A DNA stretch of 64,000 nt from Octopus sinensis (taxonomy: Eukaryota), in contig NC_043002.1 in the NCBI RefSeq assembly GCF_006345805.1, positions 84,134,001 through 84,198,000 of the forward strand, given 5' to 3'. Below are positions 28,601 to 40,600 of this stretch, piece by piece. Position 1 is the stretch's first letter, and each line of letters starts with the position of its first letter. Made by a program: the position numbers and the translations under genes. The notes beneath the pieces were generated by a model. The model was not told the DNA's origin and searched no databases. It worked only from the letters and a program-made list of their open reading frames with translations.

Positions 28601-29192
28601 ATTAAATATCACTCAAGATACATTCTTGATTCGTTAAAATTATCTCCATTTCCAGAGAAGATAGAACAATTACTTCATAGGAATTGAGAACAACTTTAGA
28701 TGAGAATTCACCAAAATTGGTATGCCAGTAATGAAAACAGTCTGAATGCTTAGAGATCAATATATTTCTTTACTGCCCACAAGGGGCTAAACATAGGGGG
28801 GACAAACAAGGACAGACAAAGAGATTAAGTCGATTACATCGACCCCAGTGGGAAACTGGTACTTTATTTATTGACCCCGAAAGGATGAAAGGCAAAGTCG
28901 ACCTCGGCGGAATTTGAACTCAGAATGTAACGACAGACGAAATACGGCTACGCATTTCGCCCGGCGTGCTAACGTTTCTACCAGCTCGCCGCCAATGCTT
29001 AGAGATCAATGTTCAGCTGTGAACATCTCAGTAGGCATCATCAGCACAACTGTTGCCCTTCCTTATTTCCAGCAGAACAAGACACTTAAGACATATAGAG
29101 TAGAATACATTTCTGGCCTAATTTGCAGAAATGAAATGAAAGTAACTAAGAGAAATAACTCAGGATGACCAGCAGCATGTATTTGAACAACA

Positions 29193-29954
29193 GGATCTTT
29201 ACCTTTTGACCGGCAGATTTAGAAGATAATTTTTTTGTAACTAAACACTTTCAAACTTCGCATACTGGTAGAATGCGTCATATAAGATATCTTTTACTCT
29301 TAGCGTTTTTGAGAAAAGTTTATATTTACGAAGTTATTTTGTTTTAAAGTTGTCGTATTTCGGTAATTTCAACCAATCGATGATGTGTATTCAGTTGAAT
29401 AAAATTACTGCTGGTGTTTGTCAACAACAACTTCCGGCAGTGTATATTTCGTTTGTCACTGTTATTTATGACATATTCAAACTCAGTTACGTTCGTATGA
29501 ATAAACGAGTGTATCTGAAGCATGTTTACTTCATGGTACCATCATAATCGTTCGTGCTTCATTTTTCATTTTTTTCCTTAACTCTAACCCTAAAACCCCA
29601 ACCCTAACCTTAAAACCTAACCCTAACACCCTTGCCCTAACCCTAAAACCTTAAAGGTAAAACCAGTACAAACGCACGAACGATGTCATAAATGACAAAC
29701 GAAATATACACCACCGATAGTTGTTGACAAATAATGGCAGTAATTTTATTCAGCTGAATACATGTCATTGATTGGTTGAAATTAGGAAAATACGACAACT
29801 TTAAAACGAAATAACTTCGTAAATATAAACTTTTCTCAAAAATGCTAAGAGTAAAAGATATTTTATATGACACATTCTACCAGTATACGAAGTTTGAAAG
29901 TGTTTAGCTACAAAAAATTTTTTTCTAAATCTGCCAGCCAAAAGGTAAAGATCC
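29193..29954. mobile_element. Fold-back MITE with ~280-bp arms, GGATCTTT termini and 8-bp TSD (Merlin-like)
   Basis: 29193-~29480 is the reverse complement of ~29680-29954. TSD GAACAACA at 29185-29192 and 29981-29988. The spacer contains telomere-like CCCTAA variants. Confidence 0.8.
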
Positions 29955-30639
29955 GAACAGGATCTAAATGGTAAAGATCCGAACAACAAAGATACATGCA
30001 CACACGTATATGTATGTGTGTGTATTTATATATGTATAAATGTATATAATTTGTGGTGTTCAATTGGCAAAATATGTACATAACAGTGAGCAAGTTGATA
30101 TATCTTGTGGTAATTAACCCTTTGCCTATTCAAAGCATTTTCATAACTTTGTCCTAAATATCCATATTTGTTGTCATGGCCCTTGTTTCTGAGTAATATA
30201 AAGCTTTCTTTCTATACATCCAAAGTTACTCTGGAGGTTGAAAAAAATAGCGAATGTGTCATAAGAGATGCACAGGCATCGGGGAAATATGCCTGAGTAT
30301 CACATGTTATACAGAGGACAGGAACGGGTTAAATTCTACTTGAATCATACAGACACTCCTGTGTCAATGTTGCTATCAGAAATGAAATGAACCAGTGATT
30401 GGCCTGTCTTTTAGAAACCTATTTACTAATGGCATAACTGCTCATAAAATGCACAACATCAAAAAATGTAAACATTTCAAAAATATGAATTTCTAACAAA
30501 TATACACAAATAGACAACCCTCATTATATCATCTGTGTGGACACTACTTGGTGCTTCAAACTTGTTAATTATTATTTTCTTTTTTTTTTTTTTTCATTTC
30601 AGATTATAGTATATTAATTGTTTATAGCAAGTAGCCATG

Positions 30640-31025
30640 TTATGAACACCTGAACCAAAAGAGCAGTCTGATTTTCAAAGAAGGTGTATTGTGAGTCAGA
30701 GGGTGGACTTGGCAGTGTAAGATTGCACAAAACTTTAGGATTCCTTTTGCTACGGTCAACAGAGTGATCGTACAATTCACCAGCAAAGGAAAAGTAACAA
30801 CAGCATCAAGCTCCTGCCAACCTGTATTCTCTGACAGGTGTCTTTGGGCAGTTAAAAGGGTTATTGAAAGTAATCCCAGTTGCAAAGTAGCTGATGCCAC
30901 AGAGCAACTCTAAATGAGTAAGAATACTTCTGTGAAGTATCTTCTTCAACTTGGCTACTACAGCAGAACAGCTGGAAGGAAGCCTCTTCTTTGACCAGGA
31001 AATAGCCAAAGAAGAAAGGAGGAAT
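30640..31025 (+). mobile_element. Tc1-like transposase N-terminal remnant
   Basis: Plus-strand translation with stops: KIAQNFRIPFATVNRVIVQF...FSDRCLWAVKRVIESNP...LLQLGYYSRTAGRKPLL, the Tc1 HTH/RKPLL region. Confidence 0.75.
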
Positions 31026-31092
31026 AAATTTTACAAAAACGATGCTGTCTATTTATTTTTGAGATGTCAGTGTAGATTAGAAAACAACTTAC

Positions 31093-31533
31093 ATTTTAGG
31101 TTGATCAGCATCTTCAATATATTCTACTGGTTCCCTCTGTGGTATTGTGTTATTGGACCATGGTCTAGGTGCAGAGTTTAGATTTGTGTACTCCTCATAC
31201 ATTTTGCATTCTTCACGGGGTTGGCTCATTAGTTTCATTTGGTTTTCCTTTGTTCGCCGGCCCTTTCGACTGGCTTCTTTTGACATGCCAAGAGTCAAAC
31301 ATTTTTGTAGCCTACAGTAGGCACAACGAGTCCTTGTGAACTTATTGATTATGCAATTTTTGCTAATGCACAAATAAACCATTTTCTTGCGTATGCTACG
31401 ACGGAAAAATCCTTTACAGCCTTCACAAATGAAGTGGCCATAATGTATACCAGATGCAAGATCTCCACAAACTTTACACGGAAAGTGACGTGGGTTACAT
31501 AAAAGCTTCTTCTTTTCATAGTTATTTGTGGTG
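31093..31533 (-). CDS. Coding exon 6, canonical NR1/RAR-like DBD14 (31284-31478)
   Basis: Acceptor ttcttttttccttttag|C (phase 2). [75 protein letters not shown]. Ends AAAAT|GTAAGT, which is either a donor or reads through to TAA at 31089. Confidence 0.9.
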
Positions 31534-34500
31534 CTAAAAGGAAAAAAGAAGAAAATAATAAAATTGTTGATACACATAATCATAGAGATAGTTTATTTGT
31601 TTTAATATCTGTTTTTTTTTTTCATGCTATGACTTTGACAGAAATGGATTTGGGAGCAGGATTTAATGGCTGGATGCTCCTCTTGTCACAAACCCTCACC
31701 TGTTATTCAGGAGAAAGGGATTTTTATATTTCACAGGTATTTGAAAGTGTTGAGCCATCAGTCACAATGTCAACAAGACATCAACACTGTTTCATTCAAA
31801 CAGTAAAAATTGAAATATCAACATTCAGGAACATCCACATAGACACACACATACATGTGTGTATATAAATATACACACATAATTTTATGTCAGTTTTCCC
31901 ATGCTAGCATGGGTTAGACAGTCTTTCTGACATTATCTTCATGTTGCCAACACTCAGTACATGATGTACCTATTTTAAAAACAAGGATACATACAGTAAA
32001 TATAGCCATAAAGTATGTTTGTTGAAATTTGATCATAAGAGTAGCAAAAATGAAGATAGTAGCATCAATGTTACTAACAGCATGAACTGGATGCTTTTTT
32101 AAGTGGCACCAGCACTGGCAGGGTCACCAAGTAATTTGCAAGACAAGGAATCTTTGAGTGGGGAAGGGGCATTGGAGGAAGTAATCTTGTATCAGATGAT
32201 GGAAGGTTAGAATGTGACAGAGAGACAGAAACAAAGGTCTTGCAGTAGAGGAGGTGCATGGTTACCCAGCCAGAGAAAGAGAGAGATGCTAAACTCTATA
32301 GATATATTCTGTAGTATTGCATAGTTTAAAGACATTAAAACATCTTACTTCTCTTCTTTCATCATTCCAACAATCAGACACTTCTTGAAACGGCAGTGAT
32401 GACACAATACTCGACTGGTTTTGTTCACAATGCAGTGGTTGTTGTACTTGCACTTGTAACTCTCGCTGTGGTTGTTAGTAATACTGAACTGGAAGAAATT
32501 ACGGCAGCTACGGCAAACCCACAGCCCACAATAAATCTCACTGGACACATCTGAACAAACAATGCAAGGAACTTTTGGATTTTCCTTCACCACATTCTGT
32601 GGATTTTCATCTGAGTTGCTGTAACAAAGAAAGGATAAAATTGTATAAATAGAACATAACATTAATGTGAAAGATATTAAATATGTTTTCTTCCATCCCT
32701 GTTTTTTTTAAGCCCAGTGATGTAAGTTAAATGAGAAATAACTTATACAACTCATACGCATGCCCACACACACACTTTGGGTAAGTGCTTTCTGCTATAG
32801 CATGGGCAGACCAAAGCCTTGAGTGAATTTGGTAGACAGAAACGGAAAGAAGTCCATTGTGTGTGTGTATATCTAGGCATACCTAGAATAATGATGCACT
32901 TTTATCAAATTGACTACTCGCATGAGACATCCCTTTGTATTATAAAAGCGGACTTGTTTATTAATTGAATATTTTTGTTGCACAATCACTGAGATGGTTG
33001 TCATATTTGCTAAAAATACCAGCCACACAGGCCTAGGCCTTAAATCATGCTCCACCAAATTTTTTTTTGTTTTTGGCATAATTGTATGAAGTTCTGTGTG
33101 TAGAATATAAATTTGCAAAAATTTTCTGAAAACTTGAGACAAATAAAAAAGTTATGAAAGGGTTATATGTTGTGCATAATTCTACGCTTCCATATCAAAA
33201 TACAAGTGCTATTTCCAGGATGTTGACAAAATGGGCAGTCACGCACAAAATGACAGCTTTGAAATTGTGTTTCTTGACTGAGTCAAAATGATTAAACTTT
33301 AAACCTCTATAACTTATAAAAACATTTTTCTGGAAGGAGTTGAATCTGATGGGTCCCCTTCAAAAACAGGAAGATACAGAGATTTTTCGTCTCTCCTAAA
33401 GCATAAAATTTCCTACCAGATACTAACTCTTCATTGCCTGGCACACCAGCAGCATTTAATGGCAAACAATATGAATGGTAGACTGAATGATGCGTTACAG
33501 TTAGTTATCAAGACTGTGAACAAATTGAAGTCCAGTCCCTTGTCTGATTGAATTTTCCGTCAATTCTGTCTGAGAAATGATGAAGACTATACTAAACTCT
33601 TATACCATACCAAAGTGTGGTGGCTGTCAAAAGGAAACTGTGTTTTACGCTTTGTTCAACTGTTTCATATAATCATATATTTCTATGAAGATACTACACT
33701 ATCCACTTCATTGATGGGTGCAAGGCGCCATATCTTTTTTCTTTGTGATATATTCTCAAAATTAAATGATTCAAATATGTTATTGCAAGGAAACAGAAAA
33801 ACTCTCGTTGATTGTAAATTATTTACTACTACCTTCATTTCAAAATTGGTGCTGTATAAGATTAACATTCCAAAACATCAATTCCGTCAATTTCCACAAC
33901 TTGACTCTTTGAGAGATGAATTGGTTGATGAGGATTTAACTACATATCACAACTATATACAATCATTGCATGATGACATTTCAAGATATTGCGCTGAATA
34001 TTCCAAATTGGTAGAACAAACCATTTGAGGTCAATGCAGTCAATTGTTCAGGAGGGATTGATAGAATTACAAAATGACAATGATGCCACAATGCGATATC
34101 ACCGTAATGGCAAAGAAGGTTTGTGGTACCAATCTGTGGAAACATATGATATTACTTTTTCTTGCCTTCCTTACCTCATACCGGGTTGAATCTGGTTTTA
34201 GTCATTTGGAACTTTACTTTTCCATAAAAGAATTGAACTGGATGTGACACAACGAAGAGACTTGTGACTAATGTTGACAAGTTTGAAACTGAATGTATCT
34301 GCATTAGCTGCATCATACCAGACACTTTTTAAGAATACATTAAAAAGTTGTATTCGTTTCCTTTATAATACAATCATTAATTATTTTTGCATTGGTAATT
34401 CTGATCAATGGTTCATTTGGGGAAAATAGAAATCAGTGTAAAAGAAAGTGCAAGTTTACCGAAGTTAGTCTGTTTGCATAATATAAATTTAACATTAGAA

Positions 34501-37500
34501 TTTTATTCACACTAGCAGCAAAACTAAGCCCACAATGAGGGATTATTTGTAAACAACAGCATGTTTAGTCCAAACGGCACTAACCAAGCAATGAGTCTAC
34601 AATATAGTGTGTGTGTCAAATGATACAGGGGGGGGGTTCTCCTAGTGTTAGGGGTATGGTTGTATCAGAGTTTTTTTGACATAGGTGGGCAGTGGAGCAA
34701 TTTTGGACCAATAAGTGGGCAATATCGCAATTTGATGCGAAAAGTTTGGGAAACATTGCTTTAATGTCTATTTTCCATGCTGACACTGTCTGGGCCATTC
34801 AACCAGAGCTGGCAAGCAGGAGAGCTGCACTTGGTTCCAGTCTGACTTAGCTTGGTTTCTATGGCTAGATGTCTTTTCTAACACCAATCGCTTTACAGTG
34901 TGTGCTGGATGCTTTTAACGTGGCACTGGTATGAGTACTTTTACATGATGTCAACACGAGTGCTTTTTATGAGGCACTGGCACAGGGCTCTTGCAAGCCA
35001 TGAAAAGTGGATGTTAAAGCAATTAGGATGATGATAAAAGTAGCATAGAAATTTTGAATTATCAATGGAATGGACAAACAAAAAACTTACTTGGTTTTAG
35101 ATTTATTGGTGCTATTAGTCTTTGTCTGCTGCTTCTTTAACTCTGGCATTTCTTTAGACAAATTCTCATCTAGTTTGCGTCGTCTTCCTCGTTTGCTCAA
35201 TTCCTTTGACATGCCAACCCTCAAACACTTTTGGTAGCGACAATAGGAACAATTCACTTGCGCACTACCGTATACATTACAATTTTTCGGGGCACACTGA
35301 TAGTTTTTAAAACTTTGTTGCTCACAACTCTTGTAGAAGAAAACTCGGCAATTGTGACAGGTCCAAACCCCATAATGAATTCCAGATGCTTCATATCCAC
35401 AGACTTTGCAATGGTTCTGTAAAAAGTGATTAATGCCAAAAATATAATATTATTGAAAAAATTACAATTTCTTAGTTTATTAAGTGGTTACTTACAACTC
35501 AAACTTAGTTACATTCAATATCACCAAAGTATCCAGGCAAGAGTGTCCTTATAGCACTTAATACAATTCTTACTAATGTTACAATGAACAATCTCAGGTG
35601 ATCCTACTTGGAAATGTTATAAATGTTATACAGCAGGAGTGGCTGTGTGGTAAGTAGCTTGTTTACCAACCACATGGTTCCGGGTTCAGTCCCACTGCGT
35701 GGCACCTTGGGCAAGTGTCTTCTGCTATAGCCTCGGGCTGACCGAGATTTGGTAGATGGAAACTGAAAGAAGCCTGTCGTATATATGTGTATATATGTGT
35801 GTGCATGTATGTTTGTGTTTGTCCCCCTAGCATTGCTTGACAACCGATGCTGGTGTGTTTACGTCCCCGTTACTTAGCGGTTCAGCAAAAGAGACCGATA
35901 GAATAAGTACTGGGCTTACAAAGAATAAGTCCCGGGGTCGAGTTGCTCGACTAAAGGCGGTGCTCCAGCATGGCCGCAGTCAAATGACTGAAACAAGTAA
36001 GTAAAAAAAAAAAAAATATGAATAACAGAAATTGCAATGAAAAGGTTGTATTTTTTACCTCTAATTCCAATACACAGCACAAATATATAAGAGCTACAAT
36101 AGATAATCTCCCTCAAGCTTAGAGGCTCTTGAAGATAAAGCTTATCTAAATTTTCAAGGTGTTTAAACTGAGTGTATAAGATTGCACCCCTCTGAACTGG
36201 ACATCTGTCTGTTGTAGGGTTAATCCTCAGGTGCCACTGATACTCTTGCTCAGTTGAGTGCTCTGGAGCAATATGAAATGAAGAGCCTTGCTCAAGGATA
36301 CAGTGCACAGCCCAACCCAAGAACCAAACCTCAAACCTAAAGATCACGAGCCTAACATTGTAACAACTGGATCATGTACCTTTATGTCCAAATATATGCG
36401 AATAAAGAGAAAATATACATTACCCTCGTAATGGATTCAATCTGTACATTGCTAGCAGACTCAACCATCTTTTGGCTATCAGTCTTATCTTTTAAAGGCT
36501 GGACATTATGCTTTACAATATTTTTGGCCATTCCAAGAGCAAGACATTTTCGATACCGGCAATAATCACAGCTCTTTTTGTTGTTTTTCGTAATTGAACA
36601 GTTTTTGCTATCACAAGAATATTTCCGGTTGATACTGTTCTTTTGACTTCGTTTAAAGAAAGATCGACAAGGAAAACATGTGAGTACACCTGCATGTACA
36701 GTAGAGGCCTCATCACCACACACTTTACAGAGTATGTTGCCACTATGCCGAGTGAATCCAAGAGACAGGTTGTCCAGGTCACTAGAAATATATAAAAAAA
36801 TAGTCAAGTATATTAAACATAGTAATACAAAAATCTTTTCAACAACAATCAAAATTAGGCATTATAATTAAAAGCATTGCATTTTTATTAACATCTTCAT
36901 GTTGGCTCACAGCTGTATAGTTATCTGTTTTTTTATAATTAGTTTTCATTTTCACCATTTTGTTATTTTAGATTGTGTCTAACTACCCCTAACTCCCAGG
37001 ATATATTTAAGCTATTTGTACCATTTATTTTCTCTCTCTCTCTCTCTTTTCTTTTGAAAGTAGTGGTTTTCTGATTGCAGCCCTCTCATGAAATCTGGCT
37101 TTGTGCAGCTCCCAGCAAACAGTTTTTGTGGAAACTGGGTTCTCGAGGTGGTCATTAAGTTCTGCAGTAATTTTGGGAGCTGTACTTTTGTGATCCTTTC
37201 TAACAAATTGCGTAGAAGTCCAACTGTCCCTATCTGAAAGTTTTGGTTTTCTTTCAGAGTTTTGTTTCGATGAGGAGGTTTTTCTCTCTTTCTCAAAACT
37301 GTCATTTCTTTCGAGACCTCTTCCACACACACATGCTCTCTTATACACATGCACGTGCACCTTCGTTTTGGGATCACCACTACTTTATTAACACCCCTTC
37401 TTCTTAATTCTCCTGTGTGACCTCTCTGGCATTCGCCATGATAGATCGCTAGTTACTACACATTCTTTAATTTCTCTCCTTGTCTCTGTGTTCCATTCTA

Positions 37501-37628
37501 TGGAAGAGCATAGGCTCGAAATGTTAAAGACCTTTTCACTTGCCAAGCGTTACACTAATACATCTGTTTGTTGTCTACATCACCTGTCTTCGTCCTTTGT
37601 TTTTTTGTGAATTCTCCCCCCCTATATA

Positions 37629-37660
<32 letters not shown>

Positions 37661-40600
37661 ATAATATTAGGGAGTATATCCAAACTTACAGGGAAATATA
37701 TATGTAGGTTTAGGTAGATATGTATATGTTTTCTGCTGGTAACTTTATGTGTGTGTGTGGGTATATACATGTGTATGTATGTATATGTGTATGTATATCT
37801 ATGTGTGTGTGTGTGTATGTATGGATGTATACATATGTATGTATTATGTGTATATATAGGGATGTAGACAGTGATATGCAACCCCATTACAAAACCAATA
37901 AATTGATTGATTGATTGATTATTTAATCAATCAATGGACCTAAATTTTTGAATATATTATATATTTTTTATAATTTAGACCTCAATAAACTAGAGTTGCC
38001 TCCCTTCATTCTTTTTATAAAACCACACATCTTAAATATAACATTGAAAGTAATTAAATGAATAGACGGATAAATATTTTAAAGGACTGAGTAAATGATG
38101 GTTATATTAATTAAGTGACTTAACACTATTACATAGAGTCTTGCATTTGAGGCATTTTGCCAGATAAAAATAGAATTTAAACATAATTTCAGGGATAAAT
38201 AGCAACAATTTAGTAATATGTAGGTATATATATATAAAAGAGAATATATAAGGATATATATTGAGTTGATTAATTAAAAGAGAATATATATTAAGTTGGT
38301 TCATTAATTTACTAACTAAATACTGTTGCAATTAATGCACTCTATCGGAGAATACATTTTAAACATAATTTTAGTGATAAACAACAAATTAGTGAAATAA
38401 CTTATATGGTCACTTTTGTTATTTTGTCCCTTATTTGAATTTGGTCCAAATAACTTCCAACATACATTTTTAACCATATATCACCCATATGATTTAATAA
38501 ATATATAAATGATGTCCCTACAGAATTCATGTTTTTCATCCAAATGATTTTGAAGACTGCGGAATAAATGATAATCTGGTGGGGTAATATCTGAAGAATA
38601 TAGTGGGTGGAGCATCGCTTCCCATTCAAACTACTCTAGCCTTAGTCTGGCATCCCATTCAATGAGGAGCCTTATACTCCCAGTCTTAGAAATTATAAGT
38701 TTTAAACAAAAGACAAGATTCATCCCAAACAGGTATGAAAATATTTAAGATGTTAGAAGACTATTACTTACCCATCAGACACAAGACTTTTATTCTGATT
38801 TGAAATTGGTTGGGTATTGTTTCCACTGTTGCTGTTCTTAGAATTTTGATTAACAGCATCTTGATTAGGAGTTGATAACAGTGACTGTGGCACTTCTGCT
38901 TGATCACTTGACTTTTCTTTCTGATGACGTAGTTTACGCTTAACCTTGTAGGACATACCAACACCCACGCATTTCTGGAACCAGCAGTAATAACAGCGAC
39001 TACGACTGGTACGACTGATTAAACAATCCTTGTTGAGGCATTTATATGCACGATGTAGTCTTTTGTCCAAACTGCGTCGGAAAAAGACACTGCAGTTCAA
39101 ACAAGATGCAATGCCATAATGAGAAACAAACGAGACATCCCCACAGACTTTACATAACTTAGCAACATCCTTGCTTAGATTAGTAGTCACTGATGGTGAT
39201 TCATTTGTTGTGTTCCTCATGTTGGAACTTAGGTCTTTGGTCTGAGATACTGTAGGACAAGTGGAACCCGATTTGCTTGATGTAACAGGCAGCATTTGTA
39301 CTTCTGAAGATGTGGTCATAGATAATCCTGAAAGCTTGTTAATAATCTCTGAATTATTACTAGGAGTTGGTATAGGATTAGTTTTGTCACAAACGTTGGA
39401 ACTGTTGGCATTGCAATCCTGTTCAGGTGCTGAGAGTCTGTTTGTAGCCATTAATGTTTGCTGCTTTTTCATTTGTAGAGTATCACTCATCCCAACAGAA
39501 AGACATTTTTGGTACCAGCAGAATCGACACCGGTTGGTAGTAGCTTTATTAATAAAACAGTTACCGTCTGCATGATCCTTTTCAGTAGGTATTCTCCCAT
39601 TTAGTACAGTTCGAAAGAAACACAAACAATTACGACATGTCTGTACTCCATACCGAACACCAATTGCAGTATCATCACAAACACTGCATATCAGTTCAGA
39701 ATGAGTTTGTGTCTGTCCCTGAGGTAAGGTAGGCTTAGGAGCAACTAACACAGATTTTACAGGTGAAGTGTGAAGTCTACTTTGAACAGCATCTACAGTG
39801 TTTGTAGGTTGTTTATTATTTGATAACTGTGGCTGCAAAGAAACTGTATTAGGTGTGCTGGTAGTATTAGTGTTTGCATTGGTCTGTAATGGTGTTGTGG
39901 TAATTACTGATACAGTTTGACTTCTAGGATTAAATGTACTAACTGTGCTGACTTCTCTTTCAACAGGAGAAACACTGCAAGCAACATCTGTAGTTGTACA
40001 AGTTGCACCAGAAACTATGCTGTTTGTGCTACTGATGGAAGTTGCTACAGATGCAAGGGATGTGCTTGCTACTTTACTTCTTTCAGCATTTGAAGAATCT
40101 GCAACAGTAGGCAATAGCTTACCACTCTTTACCTGGTGGATTCCTGAAGAGACAGATCGGTCAGTATTTGAAGTATAGCTCTCCAAGAATTGACCAGTTC
40201 CACTTTGGCTTTGATTTGTGGGAATTAACATTTTTGACATGCCAACAAGCAAGCACTTTTGAAACCAACAATAAGAACAACGTTCGTAGTTATCAGGTGT
40301 GACACAACAGTTTTTGTTATGGCACTTATATTTTTTGGTCGTTCGTGAGTCAGTACTCTGCTTAAAGAAAATAGTACATGACCAGCAGGTTTCTATGCCA
40401 AAGTGAATTCCTGATGCCAAGTCACCGCATACTTTACAGAAACATTCTTGACTGCTAGTAGAGTTTGGATTCTGGGAATTACCGACATCACTTTTGTTGT
40501 TATCACTCTGGTGTGGAACACTTTCAATAATTAAAGGTGAATCAGAATCATTATCAACAGCCATTGGTTCGGTTTCAGTGAGATTAGCTGTCCCAGTGCT

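Noticed and set aside
29570-29650. CCCTAA-like repeats as an interstitial telomere
   Set aside because: Degenerate, short and enclosed as the spacer of a MITE.
30640-31009. Minus-strand ORFs 30806-31009 and 30640-30900 as a terminal or LBD exon (VAKGILKF resembles the LBD signature FAK.IPGF; THLELLC resembles ROR helix 1)
   Set aside because: The opposite strand translates to a recognisable Tc1 transposase N-terminus, so the LBD-like words are most likely antisense coincidences.
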